A stretch of 64,000 nt of DNA from Bdellovibrionales bacterium (lineage in GTDB: Bacteria; Bdellovibrionota; Bdellovibrionia; Bdellovibrionales; UBA1609). The stretch's first letter is position 1, and every line of letters starts with the position of its first letter. Position numbers and translations under genes: made by a program. Where the stretch lies: the NCBI GenBank assembly GCA_041690295.1, contig JAWLHR010000006.1:64001-128000 (forward strand), read 5' to 3'. Shown here in pieces: positions 57,389-64,000 of this stretch. Below the pieces are notes generated by a model, which saw only the letters and a list, made by a program, of their open reading frames with translations, searched no databases and was not told the DNA's origin.

Positions 57389-59722
57389 TTAATCGCGCAG
57401 TTCAACCCAAGTCACGCCGTCGCCACCGGTTTCCGGCGTTCCGGCTTTCCATTTCTTAACGTAAACCGAGCGCGACAAAAAATTGCGGATCCCTTTTTTC
57501 AAGGTGTCCGTGCCATGACCATGAATCACTTTAATCCGGTCTTCCTGATGGATGACCGCCGTATCGAGTTGTTCTTCCAGCAGCGCCAGTGCCGCCTCGA
57601 GGGATTGTCCCCGCACGTCGACGGTGCGGTCCTGCTCCAGAGGTGAAGAGATTTCTCCCACGCGCCGGACGATTTCCGCCGTGGGATTGCTGGCCTGTTG
57701 CGGTGGACGAAGCTGTGTCCAAGGAACCACTAACCGCATCGAGTGCGAAAGCACGGCCACCTCTCCTTTGGCGCCGCTAGGGGTGCTTTGCACGACCCCG
57801 TCCCGGCCCAGGGAGGGAATAAAAATCTTGGAGCCCGGCGGATAAACACGTGCGAAATCCTCGGCCGTTTCAAGAGTGGGAATGCTGCTTTTTGGAGCAT
57901 TCGAGGCTTTCACGATTTCCGGCATTTGCTGGCGGATTTGTTCCAGTCGTTCGTGGCGGCGGAAAATGTCTTCGGCCTTCGTGTTCTCAATCAAAGTTTC
58001 AATTTTCTTCTCGGCCCGGCGGACCGCGAGATCAATCATCCGCTCTTTTTCCGCCTCGAACTTCATGATCAAGGCCTGATAGCGGCTTTTTTCTTGCTTG
58101 GCTTCTTGTTGCGCGGCTTTCACTTGCTCCTGAAGTTTACGCAAATCTTCCTTGATGCGTTCCACCTCATCCAGTCCGGAGTGGTACTTTTTCGCTTCGG
58201 GGCTTAGAAAATCCATCGCGCGATCGATGATCTTGCCGTCCACGCCCACGCGCCGGGCGGTCTGCAACGCCAAGGATTGTCCGGGCACGCCCATTAAGAA
58301 TAAATAGGTGGGCTTTCCTGTCTTGCTGTCGTACTCCAGACTGCCGTTGATCACGCCGGAGTCTTTATCCCAACCAATTTTAAGCGGGCCAAGGTGGGAA
58401 GTGATTACGCCGAAGCAGCCGTTTTCCGCGAATTCGTGAATGAACGCGCGAGCGAGCGCGGTTCCTTCTTCGGGGTCGGTCGATCCGCAAATTTCGTCGA
58501 TCAATAATAGTGAGTCCGAACCTTTTGCCGTCGCGGCCTCATTCAGCACCTGGAGATGAGCGGCGAAGGTTGAAAGATGCTGATCCACGCTTTGCGAGTC
58601 GCCGACGGCCACATGAATGTTTTTAAAGAACGGAAGGCGCGATCCTTCACCCGCCGCGATCAAGAGCCCGCACCGGGCCATCTGCGCCGCAAGTCCGACC
58701 GATTTCAACAGCACGGTTTTTCCGCCGGCGTTCGGCCCTGACAAAAGAAGAATTCTTTTTTGTCGATCCAGTTGAATGGTGTTGGCCACCACCGGCACGT
58801 TGCCGAGAACCAAAAGCGGGTGCCGCAAATCCACCAGGTGAATTTCATCCTCGCTGAAGGTGCAGCGGGCCGCCTGGAGATGAGTCGCCAGTTGCCCCTG
58901 GGCGAAGCGGATATCGGCCTCGATTAAAATCTTATACGCCCGCTCAAAATCCTGAATCCGCTGTAACAGGTAGTCGCTTAATTGTTTAAGCAGTCGTTCG
59001 ATCTCTTCTTCAATGTCCACTTCAATCTGACGGAGCCGGTTGTTTAAGGGAATAATCTCCTTTGGCTCCATGAACACAGTCTGCTTACTCTGACTGGAGG
59101 CGTGAATGATGCCTTCAAAACTGTGCTGGCGTCCGCTTTTCACCGGTAAAACCCAGCGGCCCTCGCGGTTGGTGACATATCGATCCTGAAGAATCGGCTC
59201 CATCTCATGCTGCCGGATCAACCGGTCGAGAATGCTTTGGGTTTGCCGGACAACCTGGTTTTTTTCGTTGTACAGGCGATAAAGAGTTTCACTCGCGTCG
59301 GTGCGAATCTCCCCGTCGGGAGTCATGATTTGTTCGATGGCGGAAAGCGGTTCGCTGGGATCCAGCAGCGCGCTCGCCATTTCCTGAAGCCATGGTGTGG
59401 AAATGGACTTCAGCAGTTCCTTTAACGCCAGAATCTCCAGGCAAAAGTGGCGGACGTCTTTCAATTCCAGCGTCCGTAAAACCGCGCCTTTGTTCAATCG
59501 CTGGTACCAGAGCAAATAAAGATCGAGGCTCTCCATGAACGGGCGCCGCCCCTGCGCGAGGACCTGCATGATCTCAATGGTTTCGGAAAAGCTTTTCTCC
59601 GCCTCTTCGGGGCTGGACAGGGGTTGAATGTCCCGGAGCTTTTCGCGCGCGATTTGACTTGTGGCGAATCCCGCCAGACGGGCGAGAATCTGATCCCAGT
59701 CCAAGTTGTTCATGTTGTTCAT
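57389..59722 (-). CDS. mutS2: MutS2 (with Smr domain)
   Basis: SGPNAGGKT, LSTFAAHL, IDEICGSTDPEEG, GVPGQSLA, IHGHGT; ATGA overlap with lnt. Confidence 0.94.
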   Translation of the reverse strand: MNNMNNLDWDQILARLAGFATSQIAREKLRDIQPLSSPEEAEKSFSETIEIMQVLAQGRRPFMESLDLYLLWYQRLNKGAVLRTLELKDVRHFCLEILALKELLKSISTPWLQEMASALLDPSEPLSAIEQIMTPDGEIRTDASETLYRLYNEKNQVVRQTQSILDRLIRQHEMEPILQDRYVTNREGRWVLPVKSGRQHSFEGIIHASSQSKQTVFMEPKEIIPLNNRLRQIEVDIEEEIERLLKQLSDYLLQRIQDFERAYKILIEADIRFAQGQLATHLQAARCTFSEDEIHLVDLRHPLLVLGNVPVVANTIQLDRQKRILLLSGPNAGGKTVLLKSVGLAAQMARCGLLIAAGEGSRLPFFKNIHVAVGDSQSVDQHLSTFAAHLQVLNEAATAKGSDSLLLIDEICGSTDPEEGTALARAFIHEFAENGCFGVITSHLGPLKIGWDKDSGVINGSLEYDSKTGKPTYLFLMGVPGQSLALQTARRVGVDGKIIDRAMDFLSPEAKKYHSGLDEVERIKEDLRKLQEQVKAAQQEAKQEKSRYQALIMKFEAEKERMIDLAVRRAEKKIETLIENTKAEDIFRRHERLEQIRQQMPEIVKASNAPKSSIPTLETAEDFARVYPPGSKIFIPSLGRDGVVQSTPSGAKGEVAVLSHSMRLVVPWTQLRPPQQASNPTAEIVRRVGEISSPLEQDRTVDVRGQSLEAALALLEEQLDTAVIHQEDRIKVIHGHGTDTLKKGIRNFLSRSVYVKKWKAGTPETGGDGVTWVELRD

Positions 59723-61266
59723 TCGCGACCCCGCACGGCGGCCCAGGCGAAAAGCGCTGCGAGAAGCGTGGGAATCAGCCAATATCCCCAGGACATGAAA
59801 ATTGTGGACTTCGGATTCGACATATATGGGATTTCGTATAAATGGAACCACTCTTTATGTAAAGGGGACGGCTCGAGGATTTCGCCGCTGGCAAGGACGA
59901 CCGAGGAAATCCCGGTGTTGGTGGAGCGCACGAGCGGTCGCCGCACTTCGATTCCGCGGGCGAGAGTCATGTAAAGATGCTGGAACGGCTGTTGCCAGGT
60001 GCCGTACCAGGAATCATTCGTCACATTGACGATGATTTGCGCGTCTTTTTGACCGAGCTTCCTGGTGAACCAGTCAAAGAGACCCTCGTAACAGATCTGC
60101 GCGCCCACGCGAAGACCTTCGGCGTTTAAGACGGACGGTCCGGGGCCGCGCCCGAAGTGCCCGGTGTAGGGGAGCCAGTCATAAAAAATCGGAAACCAGT
60201 CGCCACCGGGAATGTATTCGCCGAACGCGAGCAGCATGGTCTTATGATAGGGGGAATCGGACCACCGGCCCTCTTTGTTGAGAATGAAAAACGAGTTGGT
60301 GTAAAGATCCGTTTTCTGTTGGACGGAATATCCCCCGGTCATCAAACCGGTACCGAGTGTTTTAATGAGTTCCCTAAGTTTCGCGGCAAAGCCGAAACTC
60401 AGTTCCGGGTCGGGCATGACTTCAGGGAACGCGGTTTCAGGCCAAACCACATAGTCGGCGCCGCCGAACTGGCTCAAACCCTGCTGGGTGAGACGGAAAT
60501 AGCGATTGATGATTTCATCGCGATAGGAGCCGCCGACTTCGCTGGCGATTTTTTCCTGATTGCCCACATTGGCTTGAACCACAAGAAGGCGAAGTTTGGA
60601 GTCGTAATTTTCATTGGCCCATGAGCGGCCGTGCAGCCATCCCGCCCCATTCAAGAGCAAAAACACCACCGCGGCCGTGGCGACATACGGAATCCAGGAC
60701 TGGCGGGATCGAAAACGTAACCACGCCATCAAAACAAGCGCGTTTATGAAAATCCCGATGTTGCTGAGGCCGACAAAGCCCACAATGTCCGCCAGGTGAA
60801 AGGCGGGAAATCCGGCCCACAGCCAGGTGTAGCCAAAGTGCCAATCAAAGATCATTGGGAAAATCCGTTCGCCCACGCTCATAAAAAGCGGCAGGGTCCA
60901 AATGCGCGCGGTCGAAGTGAAATTCAACTTGCGCGCGCAGTAATGCCAAGTGATCCCCGCGAGTGGAACATGCAAATTGGCGAAACTTGAAAACAGAAGA
61001 AGCGTGATGCCCGCGGCCCACCACGGAAGATGACCGAATTCATGAACCGTGTAGGTCACCCAGTTGAATCCGATCAAGGTCAGCACAAATTGCGTGGTCC
61101 ATCCAGTCCAGAAAATCCGGACCACCGATTTTTCTTCGAGCCACGTCAACCAAAGCGGAACAAAACAAAAAAACACGGCCCATGGTGGAAAGGGAATATA
61201 ACTTGTCCCGACGAGCAATCCTGATAAAATGGCCAGAAGATAAGGGCGATTTTTTCGCATGCCCAT
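59719..61266 (-). CDS. lnt: Apolipoprotein N-acyltransferase
   Basis: VQANV, VWPETA, KTMLLAFGEYIP, ICYE, TNDSW, RSTNTGIS. Confidence 0.94.
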   Translation of the reverse strand: MGMRKNRPYLLAILSGLLVGTSYIPFPPWAVFFCFVPLWLTWLEEKSVVRIFWTGWTTQFVLTLIGFNWVTYTVHEFGHLPWWAAGITLLLFSSFANLHVPLAGITWHYCARKLNFTSTARIWTLPLFMSVGERIFPMIFDWHFGYTWLWAGFPAFHLADIVGFVGLSNIGIFINALVLMAWLRFRSRQSWIPYVATAAVVFLLLNGAGWLHGRSWANENYDSKLRLLVVQANVGNQEKIASEVGGSYRDEIINRYFRLTQQGLSQFGGADYVVWPETAFPEVMPDPELSFGFAAKLRELIKTLGTGLMTGGYSVQQKTDLYTNSFFILNKEGRWSDSPYHKTMLLAFGEYIPGGDWFPIFYDWLPYTGHFGRGPGPSVLNAEGLRVGAQICYEGLFDWFTRKLGQKDAQIIVNVTNDSWYGTWQQPFQHLYMTLARGIEVRRPLVRSTNTGISSVVLASGEILEPSPLHKEWFHLYEIPYMSNPKSTIFMSWGYWLIPTLLAALFAWAAVRGRE

Positions 61267-61296
61267 AGGCTAGAATATCCGACCTAAGGAGTCACT

Positions 61297-62061
61297 ATGC
61301 CTGTCGATTCGACCCGAGAAATGGAACGGACGCCAATCTCGACGCCTGAGTCCCTGCGCGTGCGCTGTCCCCATTGCCGGAAACTCTATCTGGTTCAGTA
61401 TTCAGACATTCAAGAATCCAAGCCACGATTCGAGTGCATGGATTGTCATGGTCGCTTTTGGATTTCGCTGCCGGATATGGATTTCTCCGTCGAAGTGGAT
61501 GGACTTCCGATACACGCCAAAGAGGCGCCGACTCGACCAAAGACCGAAAATCTTGAGCCGTGCCCGAAGTGTCACAAGATGACCTCGAAGCATCGGGCCG
61601 AATGCGCCCACTGCGGCGTCGTGATGGCGAAATTCAAAGAGATGTTGCACTTTAAAGAGACCGGCCTGACCCGCTCGCCCAATCTCGAAACGTTATGGCG
61701 AAAGGTGATCGCCAATTACGAAGACTCCGGTATTCACGACGAATTCATCGCCACGGCCGAGAAAGAAAACAATCTGGGATTCGCGGCGGCCCAGTACGGG
61801 CAAATGAAAAAAATAATGCCGTTCGATGAGATCACCATTTCCCGCATCAAGCAATTGCAGGCCATCGCCACTTCATTGGCGCCCGAGACGGAACCCAAAG
61901 AAGAGGAGTATCATCCCTGGCGCACGTCCAAGCTTTGGCAGGTTCCTTTGGTTGCCGCGGGATTTTTGATCGTGGTGGGGCTCACCATGCCGGGCTTTAG
62001 AAATTTCGCCGGCCTAGGGGCCGCATTCTTATTTATCGCTTTGGTCATGCGCCGCCGTTAA
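61297..62061 (+). CDS. Zinc-ribbon (MJ0042-like) membrane protein
   Basis: CPHC, CMDC, CPKC, CAHC; C-terminal TM pair; AAGGAG RBS. Confidence 0.75.
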   Translation: MPVDSTREMERTPISTPESLRVRCPHCRKLYLVQYSDIQESKPRFECMDCHGRFWISLPDMDFSVEVDGLPIHAKEAPTRPKTENLEPCPKCHKMTSKHRAECAHCGVVMAKFKEMLHFKETGLTRSPNLETLWRKVIANYEDSGIHDEFIATAEKENNLGFAAAQYGQMKKIMPFDEITISRIKQLQAIATSLAPETEPKEEEYHPWRTSKLWQVPLVAAGFLIVVGLTMPGFRNFAGLGAAFLFIALVMRRR

Positions 62062-63401
62062 TCGGCTCCAGCTTGAATCTGGATCGGAAGGTTCGGTTTA
62101 ATTCCCAGGTGAGAGGAAATCTTTTTACCGAAAGCCGTGATCTTTGCGCTTCCGCTGGCGCTTTCAGTGGCTTCATCCGCGTCTTCACCGGAACGGAATT
62201 GCAATGCGGCGGCGTTTTCAACCCGCACGCCATTGAAGGTCATGTCCGCGTCCTGAATCGCCAAGGCTTTGTAGGAGTTCAAACGTTTGCGGTAGCGGGT
62301 TTTACCGGTCAGCTTGTCATCGCTGTCACCGGTTTGAGTTAAATATTTAATGATGTGATCGGCTTTACGAAGAGAAGAGTTGTTGGCCATGACCAGCGCG
62401 GCCACGCCTGAAGCAAACGCCGTGGCTTGCGAGGTTCCGGTCATATAACCGTACTGGCCATTGGGAAGAGTCGAGATGATGTCGTTTCCAGGAGCCGCGA
62501 TATCCACCGTCTGTTCGCCGAAATTGCTTGAGGGCAACACGTTTTGGAAGCGGTCAATGGCGGTGACCGAAAGAATGTTCGGTAAGCCGTAATCCGCAGG
62601 GTAATACTTCTTGATATCTGAATTGGAGCGTTCGTTGCCGGCGGCCGCCACGAACAAGATACCTTCTCTCATGGCGCGCTCAATGGCGGCTTTTTCTTCG
62701 CGACTGGGCGCGGTTCCACCACCGGAGTAATTGATGATATTGGCCTTCATCTTCACCGCGTAGTCTATGGCTTTCACGGTGTTGAGGAGATTGTTCACTT
62801 CGCTGCCTTTGGAGTCGTAATACTTGAGGATCATCAAGCTGACCTTGGGCGCGACACCGCTGATACCGATTCCGTTTCCACCTTCGGCACCGATGATTCC
62901 GGCGATGTGAGTGCCGTGGCCGTGTTCATCATCCAGTTTGTTATTGTTCTGAACGAAGTTCCATCCGTGCACATCGTCGATGAATCCATTGCCATCATCG
63001 TCGACGCCATTGGTGGCTTTGTCGCGGCCGAATTTATCGAGGCCGGTTTCACCTTTGTTCACCCAAAGATTTTTAATCAAGTCGGGATGTTTGGTGTCCA
63101 CACCGGTGTCGATCACGGCCACCACGATATCGCGACTGCCCTGCGAAATCCGCCAGGCCCGCTGGGCCTCCGTCATTTTAAGTCCCCAGCCAGAGGAAAT
63201 GGCGGGGTCATTTAAAAGAACTTCGACTTCCTTATCCGGTTGGTTCTTTGTGGGAACAGGTTTTCCCAGCTCGGTTGAGCGTCCTTTGGAAGCCATCTCC
63301 AAACTATCAAATGGACTTGTTAAGGCCACCAACCACTGCAAGGTGCAAATGCCGAGTAAAAACAGGGGAAGTCGATAACCTTTGAAGTACCATTTCATCT
63401 T
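62058..63401 (-). CDS. S8 subtilisin-like serine protease
   Basis: VAVIDTG, HGTHIAG, AAAGN, GTSQAT. Confidence 0.93.
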   Translation of the reverse strand, partial: KMKWYFKGYRLPLFLLGICTLQWLVALTSPFDSLEMASKGRSTELGKPVPTKNQPDKEVEVLLNDPAISSGWGLKMTEAQRAWRISQGSRDIVVAVIDTGVDTKHPDLIKNLWVNKGETGLDKFGRDKATNGVDDDGNGFIDDVHGWNFVQNNNKLDDEHGHGTHIAGIIGAEGGNGIGISGVAPKVSLMILKYYDSKGSEVNNLLNTVKAIDYAVKMKANIINYSGGGTAPSREEKAAIERAMREGILFVAAAGNERSNSDIKKYYPADYGLPNILSVTAIDRFQNVLPSSNFGEQTVDIAAPGNDIISTLPNGQYGYMTGTSQATAFASGVAALVMANNSSLRKADHIIKYLTQTGDSDDKLTGKTRYRKRLNSYKALAIQDADMTFNGVRVENAAALQFRSGEDADEATESASGSAKITAFGKKISSHLGIKPNLPIQIQAGAD

Positions 63402-63471
63402 GGGGGCTCCTTCGCGCTTTGCCGAAACAGCCACCCCAGTGGTGGCCGACAGCTAATGTACTTATGGAATT

Positions 63472-63487
63472 AGCAAGCGAGGTGCCT
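63472..63487 (-). promoter_or_regulatory. Putative sigma54 promoter
   Basis: AGGCAC-CTCGC-TTGCT upstream of the S8 protease. Confidence 0.6.
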
Positions 63488-63595
63488 GAAAAGGGGTGGG
63501 CTAACCCCCCGAATTGTGGTGTAAACGCTCGGGATGAGACGCTTTTTGGCTGCTGATCTCCTAGGGGCTTGTAAAGACTTTGTACACCGGAAAAG

Positions 63596-63646
63596 GTAGG
63601 CCGTTCCAAATCAGGATGCAGCACATCCTGATTTGGAACGGCCTAC
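63596..63646. repeat. REP/REPIN-like perfect hairpin (23-bp arms)
   Basis: gtaggccgttccaaatcaggatg-cagca-catcctgatttggaacggcctac. Confidence 0.88.
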
Positions 63647-63647
63647 A

Positions 63648-64000
63648 TTAGCTGGCGTCTTCGAGTTTGAGGACCCAGGAGGGGAATTCGATGGAGGCGT
63701 TTTTACTCTTTAAGAGGCTGTAGAAGATGAGATTTCTCATCACCAGGCGCACATAGGTTCGCGTTTCCTCATAGGGGATCTCTTCAATAAACTCCAGGGC
63801 GTCCCCACGGTAGCGGGTTTTCATCCAATTGCGGATCGCGCTTTCATTGGCATTATATGAGGCCACGGCCAATATGAATTGACCTTTATATTTGTTTAGC
63901 AATTCCTTGATATGGGCGGCGCCGATCATCACGTTCACTTTGGGATCATAAAGATCGTGCATGTCCGTATACGGAATATTGTGGGCGGCACCCAGTGTTT
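63648..64000 (-). CDS. Lytic transglycosylase (SLT domain), 5'-truncated by the window edge
   Basis: DLYDPKVNVMIG, ASYNA, FIEEIPYEETRTYV. Confidence 0.88.
   Translation of the reverse strand, partial: TLGAAHNIPYTDMHDLYDPKVNVMIGAAHIKELLNKYKGQFILAVASYNANESAIRNWMKTRYRGDALEFIEEIPYEETRTYVRLVMRNLIFYSLLKSKNASIEFPSWVLKLEDAS

Overview
A bacterial chromosomal segment, most likely from the Bdellovibrionota (inferred from gene content: a giant MAT-like fibre adhesin, a GFQNC-type lipoprotein, many orphan secreted and outer-membrane proteins, sigma54-type promoters). Housekeeping genes include an iscA/erpA-type carrier, iscS, class II nrdJ, an acyl-CoA dehydrogenase, eukaryotic-type speD-speE-trmH, queF, tRNA-Arg(UCG), putA, proBA, mutS2, lnt, S41/S8/M10 proteases and a partial lytic transglycosylase. 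Accessory and unexplained parts: (1) an HUH/Y1 (IS200/RAYT-like) nuclease whose stop codon overlaps a 5 x ~50-bp degenerate tandem array, with two 30-bp direct repeats upstream; (2) an IS1/IS1595-like transposase with an apparent D-D-N triad inside 23-bp perfect inverted repeats, preceded by a sigma54-like promoter; (3) a GTAG-type REP/REPIN hairpin family at three loci; (4) two structured intergenic RNA candidates; (5) a DUF2249/DUF59 operon under a perfect NnrR box, ending in a doubly deleted methyltransferase; (6) many apparently leaderless genes. No CRISPR array or cas genes were seen. All assignments come from motif recognition by eye, not database searches.
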